From sequence record DRR723986_15041: DNA of 37,867 bases, one strand, 5' to 3'. Shown in pieces: positions 1 through 8,141 of this stretch (its first letter is position 1; every line of letters starts with the position of its first letter). Position numbers and translations under genes: made by a program. Below the pieces are notes generated by a model that was given only the letters and a program-made list of their open reading frames with translations, was not told the origin of the DNA and did no database searches.

Positions 1-58
1 CGACCTCTCCCAGAGGGCGAGGTGACATGCGCATAGCTGAATCTGTTCCGCCTGCATC
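1..58 (+). repeat. REP-like repeat, copy 1 (5'-truncated by window edge)
   Basis: 1-46 matches 149-194 at 42/46 nt (CGACCTCTCCCAGAGGGCGAGGTGACATGCGCATAGCTGAATCTGT); CCTGCATC is shared downstream; 148-bp spacing. Confidence 0.85.
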
Positions 59-128
59 CGGTTTCCACGGGGTAGTAACACGGTAAGGCGTGTGAACCAG
101 ACTGCTTGCTTTCGGCGGGCACAAAGAA

Positions 129-203
129 CCCTCTCCCGGGCTGAAGCCCGGCCTCTCCCGGAGGGCGACGTGACATGCACATAGCTGAATCTGTAACCTG
201 CAT
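129..203 (+). repeat. REP-like repeat, copy 2 (CCCTCTCCC-hairpin-CCTCTCCC-GAGGG type)
   Basis: CCCTCTCCCGGGCTGAAGCCCGGCCTCTCCCGGAGGGCGACGTGA with internal hairpin CCGGGC-TGAA-GCCCGG; homologous to 1-58 and 37828-37867. Confidence 0.85.
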
Positions 204-231
204 CGATTGTTGGAAAAGCTGGCCGTTGTTG

Positions 232-311
232 GCGACAAGGAAGACAAAAAAGACAGGATGACAGGCAGCGAAAGGCTGTCTTGTTCATTCTCTTTTTTGT
301 TGTTCTTGTTC
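232..311. repeat. Long imperfect inverted repeat (purine-rich arm / pyrimidine-rich arm)
   Basis: ACAAAAAAGA pairs perfectly with TCTTTTTTGT; inner GCAGC/GCTGT stem around GAAAG; outer ACAAGGA/TTCTTGT. Confidence 0.6.
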
Positions 312-421
312 TCTTTGTGGCGAAGATTAGGTGCGGCTTGAAGAGCAGGCGGTTTCCGCCTTGCCGCTGGCTGTGGCGAGAGCCGAAGAGTGTCGACAGG
401 GGGGCGGTTGGCGCGCACGAA

Positions 422-486
422 AACCCACTGGGCCGGATGGCGGTTCGAATCGCAGACCCGCTCGAACCAGCATTACCCAGTGGGTT
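422..486. repeat. Inverted repeat with 11-bp perfect arms
   Basis: AACCCACTGGG (422-432) / CCCAGTGGGTT (476-486), with inner GGTTCGA (442-448) / TCGAACC (462-468). Confidence 0.75.
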
Positions 487-516
487 GTTTCAGATAACTT
501 TTATTTGCTGCCCACA

Positions 517-686
517 GGCTGACGCGACACCCAGCCTCGACTCCGAAGCCAGCGCGTACCTTCTACCCATGGCCTGAAGCAGGAGGCGTAATCCCACCGA
601 GCAGGAATGCGGGGTGCGGGATTGCGTCTGCCAAAGCTGCCTGGACGAACTCGACACGTAGCGAGTCGAGTCGTCAGTGTGTAGCC
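517..686 (+). ncRNA. Candidate structured ncRNA with 6S-like rod and central bubble
   Basis: Hand pairing: 517-528/677-686, 536-543/663-670 (8 bp perfect), bubble, 567-573/639-644, 584-595/618-629 (12 bp), GCA-GGAA-UGC apical tetraloop; G-U pairs and GNRA loop favour the + strand. Confidence 0.4.
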
Positions 687-723
687 AACCTTCCGCTAGC
701 TGCGAAATGCCAGCAATGGCGGA

Positions 724-1464
724 TTACTCTGTTTTCGTTTCTGTTTGCTTCGCTCGATTTCGAGGCTTTCGTCCACGTGGCTTTGAGTTCGTTTCGGGAA
801 TCATTTTCGGGTCGAGTAGTTGGAGCATGCGGCTGATGCATAGGCGGTTGACGCTAATGTTGAGGCGTCCAGCTTCGTCGCACATTGCTTCATGGAGACT
901 TTTCGGCAAGCGGACTGTGATCATCCGTTGCGGATCGTTCGGGTCATTTTCTGGCAGGTCGCGACTGCGAAGCGCGGTGAGCATCATCTGAATTTGGTGG
1001 TACTGATCGCTGCGGATGAATCGGCCAAATTCATCTTGGTCGGTGAAGATTTGGTGGATCATCCCGCTGCCACCTAGAAGTGCGCGGTAGAAGCAGACCC
1101 AGGTTGGAGCGTTGCCAAAAAGATCGTTCGCGACGTCGAATGCTTGTTGGCAGCGAGCATCGAATCCTTCCGCTCGCTGAAAATTCGCTGCTAGGTCTTC
1201 GGCCAGCTTGTTGAACTTGTTCAGCTCAATTGCTAGCTTGCTGGTCGGTTCTGGGGTCGGCTTCGGCTTTGCTTCTGCGGTAGGTTCTGCCGGTAGGCGT
1301 GGGGCCTGCGTCGCGGGAGCCGGAGATGTCATTGTGGAACTGGGGCGTGGCGAGCCGGAAAGTGGCTGGATCGGCGGCAAAGTAAAACCGCCCGTGCTCG
1401 TTGGGTCTTGGCGGTAATTTTTCGAGCTGCTGTTGCCCTGCGGGTCGAAAGGGTTCGTGTTCAT
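724..1464 (-). CDS. Protein with C-terminal ribbon-helix-helix (HicB-like/CopG-like) DNA-binding domain and Pro/Thr-rich N-terminus
   Basis: 246 aa; RMITVRLPKSLHEAMCDEAGRLNISVNRLCISRM is an RHH pattern; basic tail; GAGGA RBS before ATG. Confidence 0.75.
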   Translation of the reverse strand: MNTNPFDPQGNSSSKNYRQDPTSTGGFTLPPIQPLSGSPRPSSTMTSPAPATQAPRLPAEPTAEAKPKPTPEPTSKLAIELNKFNKLAEDLAANFQRAEGFDARCQQAFDVANDLFGNAPTWVCFYRALLGGSGMIHQIFTDQDEFGRFIRSDQYHQIQMMLTALRSRDLPENDPNDPQRMITVRLPKSLHEAMCDEAGRLNISVNRLCISRMLQLLDPKMIPETNSKPRGRKPRNRAKQTETKTE

Positions 1465-2161
1465 CTCATCCTCGTCGCGTTAATCGTACATCCTTACATA
1501 GGCCGACCATCCGTCGCTCAGCCCACGCGTCTATTCTCCCAGGGCTAGCAAACGCCTCGACGTAAGTCCTTATTTTGCTAGCAGCTAGGGCGATTTCATA
1601 CTGGGTGCCCAAAGCAGCTGCACCGCCGCCTGAAAAACAGGCGGTTTGCCCGTGCACAAAAAAGAGGCACTGCCCCGCTTGTCGATTTGGTAAGTGTCCA
1701 GCTCGAAAGTGTTGCGAGATTGTTTTTGGAGGCCACTTTTGTGCGTTTCCTGCCCTTGCGGTGCAGGGGGAGGCGTACAACAGGCGGCGTTGTCGCGATG
1801 AGCTCGGTCGCCGACCGTGGTGCGATGTGGAATTGACTCGAAGAGGCTGTTTCGTGAGGGCTGGTTTGGCAAGCGAAACAAGGTCGAACGTAGTGGTCGC
1901 CGATCGGCGTGCCGCTACGCTTGGAGGCATAGGCGTCGTCAGCCGAGTTGGCTGATGCGATCTTGACCTTCGCTTTGCCGCGGAGTGTCAGTGTGACCGC
2001 TCGTTCGGTCGGTTTACCGGCGTTGCCCCGCTCTTGCGGTCCCTTTGCTGTCTCGCTTGTGACACGAAGCGAGCCAGATGCTAGCTTCGCGTAGACGATC
2101 GACCGGTTTAGAATCGAGGTTCGTGAGTTGGCCGACGTTGACTGTTCGGTATGGAGAAAGC

Positions 2162-2221
2162 GGTTTGCAAGAAGACGGTTTGTCAGAACCTGGTTTGCCA
2201 GAAGCTGGTTTGCTAGAAATC
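2162..2221 (+). repeat. Tandem repeat, 4 x 15 bp (GGTTTGnnAGAAnnn)
   Basis: ggtttgcaagaagac ggtttgtcagaacct ggtttgccagaagct ggtttgctagaaatc = GLQED GLSEP GLPEA GLLEI. Confidence 0.85.
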
Positions 2222-2761
2222 CGCGAGACGCAGGCGGGTTTCAACCCTTGCCCTCGATGCCTGTCAGATCGAGCGGAACTTGAGGCCGCTTGCCCGCACT
2301 GCGGTTGGCGGCCTGGAGCCTCACGGCTACCTCCACGAGAGCAAGTCGTGGTGACACTGCAAATGATGATCAGCGCTGCGCGAACGACGTCGTTGGCTAG
2401 CATGTTTTTGTTGACCGCGGTGTGCGCCGGCTGTGCAGCCGTCATCGCGCAGAATTTTGCGTTCGGGATCTTCGTAAGCGTCGTCAGCCTGCTGGCATGC
2501 GTTCGAACCTCCTTGTTCGCACTTTACAGCAAAGCCGATGGAGTCAAAGTTGGCTGGTTGCGAAAACTGGAGAGTCTTGGTGCCAACTTCATCCTGGTGG
2601 CGTTTTTCCTGATGGCCTTGATGGTCTGCTTTGTGCCAATCTGCCTAGCCGTGACCATAGTGACGAAAAATTTAATCCTTGCCTCCTGGCTCAGCCTGCT
2701 GATTTCGCTAGCCGGTCTCATGTGGTTACTTTGGCTCGTTCCGACCTATCCACGCAAGTAG
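2165..2761 (+). CDS. Membrane protein with N-terminal zinc ribbon (CPRC...CPHC) and about 4 TM helices
   Basis: ORF 2078-2761; in-frame TTG at 2165 follows GGAGA; hydrophobic C-terminal half; start codon uncertain. Confidence 0.65.
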   Translation: MQEDGLSEPGLPEAGLLEIRETQAGFNPCPRCLSDRAELEAACPHCGWRPGASRLPPREQVVVTLQMMISAARTTSLASMFLLTAVCAGCAAVIAQNFAFGIFVSVVSLLACVRTSLFALYSKADGVKVGWLRKLESLGANFILVAFFLMALMVCFVPICLAVTIVTKNLILASWLSLLISLAGLMWLLWLVPTYPRK

Positions 2762-2888
2762 CCAGAAGAGCGGAGTACATTTGAGCGCCTACCGCGGCAG
2801 TGGGGGCGGCCTAGTTATAGTAGAGTCGTTTTTGGGTACGGCAGTGATTGCTGCGGTGCCAGCGTTTCTCGCTAATGGGGAGCCCCAA

Positions 2889-3626
2889 ATGTCGCGAAGT
2901 AGTTTCATGGTACCTTCCAATTGGCAGCTTCCGGATGCATTCCGGCAGCGGCTCGGGAGCGGTGTCGGCCGGCAACGGATGATGGAGCACGATGGCCATC
3001 TGCTGATTGTTGCCCACGAGGTTCCCAAGACCGGGGAAAGAGGCCGGAAGGGGTTACTTTTCTGGCGAGACACCGAAGGCACGTGGAGGGCGAGCAATGG
3101 CGAAGCGGGAGGTGCGGCAATCTCCGCGCTGGTTGGTCGCTACGAGAAGTCGATTGATGAATTCGAAAAGATGGAGTCCGAAGCCAAGAACGCAATCGAG
3201 TACTTTCCGCTTCTCGAAGGGCTGTCACCAATGCTTCGAGCGGCCCGAAACGTTCACTCCGTCTTATCCGATGCTCGAAAGGCATTCCCGGAGGTTCGTG
3301 AGCTGATCGATGTTCGCGACCAGGCTTATGACATGTCGCGGGCGGCCGAATTGCTGTATCAGGACACAAAGAATTCGATGGACATCGCCGTTGTCCGTCA
3401 GGCTGAAGAACAAGCGATGACGTCCAACAGCATGGCCGTGGCAGCTCACCGACTGAATATTATGGCCGCCATCTTTTTCCCGCTGGCAACGCTGGGCGGA
3501 ATCTTTGGCACGACGTTGACCGATGGCTGGAGCTGGTCGGAAACTGCGGCTCCATTCCTGTTGTTCGTCACCGTTGGATTCGCGATCGGTCTCGTGCTTG
3601 CCGTTTACATAAGCCGAAAAAGCTAG
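2889..3626 (+). CDS. CorA-like divalent cation transporter family protein (short form)
   Basis: Long helical region, then RLNIMAAIFFPLATLGGIFGTTL and a second TM helix, matching the CorA C-terminal layout; ATG 2889 with GGGGAG RBS. Confidence 0.7.
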   Translation: MSRSSFMVPSNWQLPDAFRQRLGSGVGRQRMMEHDGHLLIVAHEVPKTGERGRKGLLFWRDTEGTWRASNGEAGGAAISALVGRYEKSIDEFEKMESEAKNAIEYFPLLEGLSPMLRAARNVHSVLSDARKAFPEVRELIDVRDQAYDMSRAAELLYQDTKNSMDIAVVRQAEEQAMTSNSMAVAAHRLNIMAAIFFPLATLGGIFGTTLTDGWSWSETAAPFLLFVTVGFAIGLVLAVYISRKS

Positions 3627-3713
3627 CCCAAATTCTGCCCGGGGGCCGGCGGGCTAGGTTTTCTGCGGGCTGGAGAACGCGAATATCGGGCGAGTTTGCC
3701 CGGCCTGAGAGCC

Positions 3714-5690
3714 TTACTTGTTTGTTTTTCGTCGAGGCTTTTTGGCACCGCGTGGGTTTGCAGGCTTCCCGTCTTCGGCCGCAAAATAGGCTAGCCGCCG
3801 CTTGACGTCTTGGAATGACCTGGCAACCTCGCTGATGTCTTCGGCGGCGATCTTAATGTCATCGCCGGCCGGCCCGTCTCTCAGGAGCACGGCCGTGTTT
3901 AAGTACTCGTTCGCCTCTACGCCCGACTCGGCTTTCCCGAGGCAGTCGAGCAGCGTTGGCAATGCAGTTTGGCCGTCCCACATGCTCAGAAACTCAGCCG
4001 CTCGAACGCGGATTTGCCGATCGGCGTCCTCGTCGTCCCTCAGTTGCTGGATTTGGTCTTTCAGCTTCAGTGCTGGCTTGCCGAATGACGTGCAAACGAT
4101 CAAAGACCAATACTGGGGACCTTCCTCACCGGCTAGTCCTTGTGCAAGCTTTTCTTCGGCTTGCTCAAATGGCACCAAGCTCAAATCGGCCAAGTCGCAA
4201 ATCTTCGCAATGAAGGGCTGGACTGCGCGGCCGAATTCGACCGGGTTCTTCATGCCTTCTTCAATTAGGATGCTCTCGGGTGCAAAGCTGAGATCTGGCA
4301 TCGATTTAACTTGGGTTTGAAGTTCAGTGCGAAGCTCAGCCAGGACCTCTGCGTAAGCTGGATCCTGTGACAAGTCGTTGACTTCGTGCGGATCGGCCTC
4401 GATGTCGAAGAGCATTTCAGGTGGTCGAGCGCGGAAAAACTGACTTTGAACATCATTGAGCTCGCCAGCTTGATACATCTCGCGCCACTGTTGGTAGGCA
4501 AGCATGATGTAGCGATAGTTATTCTGCAGTCCATCGAAATTGAACGGCTGGTAACTACGCACGTATTCGTATTTCCCCTTTCGCAACGTTCGCACAAAAT
4601 CATACTTCTCGTCGAATCGGTCCGCGTAGCCAAATGCAGTGTCGCGACTCTCTACTTCATCACGCGACACGCCTTGGCCAAGAAACGCGCTTCCATCGAT
4701 TCCCTTCGGCGGCTCTAGCCCCGCGAGCGCCAGGGTTGTCGCGCCAAAGTCAACGAACTCAACAAATCCATCTACCGACTCGGCAGCATTCCAAGGCGAC
4801 AAGTCTGCGAAGTTCTTGGGAACCTGCACAACGAGCGGCACATGCAAACCGCTTTCGTAACAATAGCCTTTGCCACGCGGTAAAACGCCACCGTGATCGC
4901 CGAAGTAGAAAATGAACGTGTCGTCCAGCAGTCCGTCTTCTTCAAGTTGTTTGACGACAGCACCGATTTCCCGATCCACCTTCATCATGTTGTCATGGTA
5001 GCGGGCGATCGTGTACCGGAACAATTCCGTGTCTGGAAAATACGGCTGCACCGGAACCGAGGCAGGATCGGTAATGGTCTTCTTGTTCTTGTAGACTTCT
5101 TCGTCGAAATGCAACGAGCTCTCGTGGGTCGTCCCGAAGGATTGCATGTGGAAGAACGGTTGGCCATCCTTGCGGCCCCGCCAGCTTGCCTTGTTCGATG
5201 ATGCGTCCCAAGTGCCCTCGGTTTCTTGGGCGTTGTAGTCCTTCTTTTGCTTGTTGGTCGTATAGTATCCGGCGTCACGCAAATACCGCGGGAACATCAT
5301 GACGCCCTCGGGCATCGGCACAGTTACGGATCGACGGTGGTATTGCGTTCCAATCCGAGGTGCGTAGCATCCAGTCATGAGTGTCGTTCGAGCCACCGAA
5401 CACACTGGTGCGTTGGAGAAGGCGTTCTTGAACAACAGCCCCTTCTCGGCCATTTTCCGGATGTTCGGAGTTTCCGCTCCACCGGGGAAAAATAGATTCA
5501 TATAGTGAATCGAGTTATCCTCGGAAATCAGCCAGATGATATTCGGGCGTTTGGCAGCAGCGTCGGACTGGTCAGACGAGTTCTCGTCGGACGTTTGAGA
5601 CGGCCCAGCAGCGTGACTTGGCGAGGCTGCAAAACACGCCAAGACCAGCAGAACGAACGCAAAACGGAAACGATGGCTGTGGTTGGACAA
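3714..5690 (-). CDS. Sulfatase (FGly-dependent) with signal peptide and HEAT-like C-terminal extension
   Basis: RPNIIWLISED, CSVAR (CxxxR) motif followed by TTLMTG, GDHG; TTG start with GGAG RBS. Confidence 0.92.
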   Translation of the reverse strand: MSNHSHRFRFAFVLLVLACFAASPSHAAGPSQTSDENSSDQSDAAAKRPNIIWLISEDNSIHYMNLFFPGGAETPNIRKMAEKGLLFKNAFSNAPVCSVARTTLMTGCYAPRIGTQYHRRSVTVPMPEGVMMFPRYLRDAGYYTTNKQKKDYNAQETEGTWDASSNKASWRGRKDGQPFFHMQSFGTTHESSLHFDEEVYKNKKTITDPASVPVQPYFPDTELFRYTIARYHDNMMKVDREIGAVVKQLEEDGLLDDTFIFYFGDHGGVLPRGKGYCYESGLHVPLVVQVPKNFADLSPWNAAESVDGFVEFVDFGATTLALAGLEPPKGIDGSAFLGQGVSRDEVESRDTAFGYADRFDEKYDFVRTLRKGKYEYVRSYQPFNFDGLQNNYRYIMLAYQQWREMYQAGELNDVQSQFFRARPPEMLFDIEADPHEVNDLSQDPAYAEVLAELRTELQTQVKSMPDLSFAPESILIEEGMKNPVEFGRAVQPFIAKICDLADLSLVPFEQAEEKLAQGLAGEEGPQYWSLIVCTSFGKPALKLKDQIQQLRDDEDADRQIRVRAAEFLSMWDGQTALPTLLDCLGKAESGVEANEYLNTAVLLRDGPAGDDIKIAAEDISEVARSFQDVKRRLAYFAAEDGKPANPRGAKKPRRKTNK

Positions 5691-5905
5691 TGGACGCTCC
5701 GCCTAGTGGAGATGGTTGGTATGATTGGTAGCTGACAGTATACCCTGCCAATGCAAGCAAAACATGCCCCGCAAATGCATGCAAATCTACACTGGTGGGT
5801 GTGTGTGGATGGCGACGAGGGAAAGAGGTGACAGGATGGCGACGAGGTCGCTTGGCGAAGTATTGAATCGCATCGTAACCATTGAATGAGAAAGACTAGA
5901 AGTTC

Positions 5906-7609
5906 ATGACCGTGCCAGCCCCAACTCGACGCAAGCTACTTCAGTCATTGGCCGCTTGCGGAATCGGTACTGCCGCCTTTCAACGAAGTTTGGCGGTGGC
6001 TGCGCAACAGTCCGGCGAGGTAACGGCGGAGATGATTGCTGAGGCCGAGTGGATTGCCGACATCGAACTGTCCGACGAACAACGCGAAGAAGTAGCACGT
6101 GACTTGGCAACCCAACTACGCGATGCACGCCGTCTGCTCGAAAAACCTGTGGATGCTGATACCGTCCCGGCAACCGTGTTTCGCCCAGACGCTTTCTTTC
6201 GTTCTGAAACCGGGATTGGTCAACCCGTCAAACTAGAGTTTAAGCCCTCGGACAAGACGCAAATTAAGGGCGATGACGAAGAGACGCTTGCCTTTGCATC
6301 GATTGCAGAGCAGGCGAGCTTGCTGCAGTCTGGTCAGCTCTCAAGCGAGCAATTGACGCGACTCTATCTGCAGCGTTTGGAGGCGGCGGACCCACGTTTG
6401 GAACTTGTCGTCACATTGCTGGCAGACGAGGCTATTGTGGCCGCGAAGGAGTCGGACGTGCGACGCAAAGCAGGGCGAAGCCTCGGAGTGCTTGATGGAA
6501 TCCCCTGGGCAGCCAAAGATCTCATCGCCGTCCCACCGCATAAGACAACTTGGGGAGCCGAACCGTTCAAAGAGCAAGTTCGTGAGTCGGAAGCAACGGT
6601 CTCGAAGCGACTGCGGGAAGCGGGAGCCGTGCTACTGGCCAAAGTGTCCCTTGGCGCTCTTGCGTGGGGGGATGTCTGGTTCGGCGGCAAGACTCGCAAT
6701 CCTTGGGATCCCAAACAAGGTAGCAGCGGTTCTTCGGCAGGATCGGCGGCAGCCGTTGCGGCTGGTCTTGCATCGTTTGCCATCGGAAGTGAAACACTTG
6801 GAAGCATCGTCTCACCAACTCGCCGCTGTCGGACCTGCGGACTGCGGCCCACGTTCGGTCGAGTTAGCCGATACGGCTGCATGCCACTGGCTTGGTCGAT
6901 GGACAAGATTGGCCCAATCGCTCGGCACACCGACGATTTGGCAATCGTATTCGCCGCTATTGCGGGGCAAGATGGCCTAGATCCAACGCTTGTCGATCGC
7001 GGATTTCAATGGAGCGTAACGGATCAGGCTCCTTCCATTCCCAAGGGGTTTCGCGTTGGCGTGACCAAGGACCGCAAACGCAAAGTCGACGAACTCGCCA
7101 TCGAAACGCTGGTCGACGGTGGAGCGGAGATTGTTGAAATTGAACTGCCAAGCGACATTCCCTATCGCAGCATTTCATTCATTTTGGGCACCGAGGCTTC
7201 GACGGTCTTTGAGGATAGTTTTCGCGAGTTCCCAGATGCAGACTATGGCTTATGGCCATCCACGTTTCGCGAAGCACAGTTCATTCCTGCGATTCGCTAC
7301 TTGAGGGCTAATCGTATGCGTGGAGAATTGATCCGGGCGGCGGAGGCTGTGTTCGCCGAAGTTGATATTGTCGTGGCGGCCAACGACTTGTTGCTTACGA
7401 ACTTGAGCGGTCACCCTTCGATGGTCGTAGCTTGTGGGACGGATGAGTCGGCAGATCCCGCACGGCCGGGCGTCGTTACCATCACCGCAGCCGCTTACCA
7501 GGAACAGGCGCTTCTGACCGCCGCCAAGTATATTCAGACAAAGCTGCCTCCCAAGCCAGCACGCCCGCTGCCGGAGAACTTACGAGCTAAACCGCCTGAG
7601 GATGAGTAG
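5906..7609 (+). CDS. Amidase-signature family enzyme with Tat signal
   Basis: TRRKLL twin-arginine; AKDLI (Lys), GSSGSSAGS, IGSETLGSI, GLRPTFGRVSRYG. Confidence 0.92.
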   Translation: MTVPAPTRRKLLQSLAACGIGTAAFQRSLAVAAQQSGEVTAEMIAEAEWIADIELSDEQREEVARDLATQLRDARRLLEKPVDADTVPATVFRPDAFFRSETGIGQPVKLEFKPSDKTQIKGDDEETLAFASIAEQASLLQSGQLSSEQLTRLYLQRLEAADPRLELVVTLLADEAIVAAKESDVRRKAGRSLGVLDGIPWAAKDLIAVPPHKTTWGAEPFKEQVRESEATVSKRLREAGAVLLAKVSLGALAWGDVWFGGKTRNPWDPKQGSSGSSAGSAAAVAAGLASFAIGSETLGSIVSPTRRCRTCGLRPTFGRVSRYGCMPLAWSMDKIGPIARHTDDLAIVFAAIAGQDGLDPTLVDRGFQWSVTDQAPSIPKGFRVGVTKDRKRKVDELAIETLVDGGAEIVEIELPSDIPYRSISFILGTEASTVFEDSFREFPDADYGLWPSTFREAQFIPAIRYLRANRMRGELIRAAEAVFAEVDIVVAANDLLLTNLSGHPSMVVACGTDESADPARPGVVTITAAAYQEQALLTAAKYIQTKLPPKPARPLPENLRAKPPEDE

Positions 7610-7668
7610 GGAGACATCTGGATTTCCGGGCTTTACTGGTGCATGTCGACGGCTAGAGCCGTTTCTAG

Positions 7669-8121
7669 CTACGCCGTCGCCGGTTCTTCGTCTTGATCAT
7701 CGAATAGCGTTCGACTGGTTTGAGGCATGAGGAGAATCAAGCCCACAACTCCCGCTGGGAAAGCGCATATGCCGAAACAGGGAATTGCGGCAAGAATACT
7801 GCCGTACCAAGCGGCGTTGAAGTTTTCTCGCTTCATCATGGCGAGCGCGCCGTTAAAAATCGCAAGTTGCATGATGATCGCAATACCGGAGAAGACCAGC
7901 AATTCGACATGAAAAAAGCTCGCGTTGGGACCGCGTACCACTGAAATCGCAGCCGCTAATTGGAAGCCACAGACAAGGAGCGATATCGCAGAAAGCATCA
8001 TCTGGAAAATCCCGCAAACGATGAAAGCTCCCGGAGGGAATTCCCACGGTGGACTTTCGAGATCGGTCGATGATGGCGAATCGTGCGACGGTGCTTCGTA
8101 AGGATTTTCGCGTTCAGACAT
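7669..8121 (-). CDS. Hypothetical membrane protein
   Basis: 150 aa; N-terminal NPYEAP motif, 3-4 hydrophobic segments. Confidence 0.75.
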   Translation of the reverse strand: MSERENPYEAPSHDSPSSTDLESPPWEFPPGAFIVCGIFQMMLSAISLLVCGFQLAAAISVVRGPNASFFHVELLVFSGIAIIMQLAIFNGALAMMKRENFNAAWYGSILAAIPCFGICAFPAGVVGLILLMPQTSRTLFDDQDEEPATA

Positions 8122-8141
8122 GTGTGCTCGGACCTGCCCTA

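Noticed and set aside
1..203. CRISPR array
   Set aside because: Only two imperfect units with a 148-bp period and no cas genes
398..468. tRNA or tmRNA remnant (GGTTCGAATC)
   Set aside because: Flanks do not form a T stem or acceptor stem; the motif is one arm of a larger inverted repeat
281..577. ORFs 281-577 and 331-522
   Set aside because: Non-ATG starts, no recognisable motifs; they run across palindromic repeats
584..629. SRP RNA (GGAA-capped hairpin)
   Set aside because: Lacks the conserved CAGG/AGCA symmetric loop of domain IV
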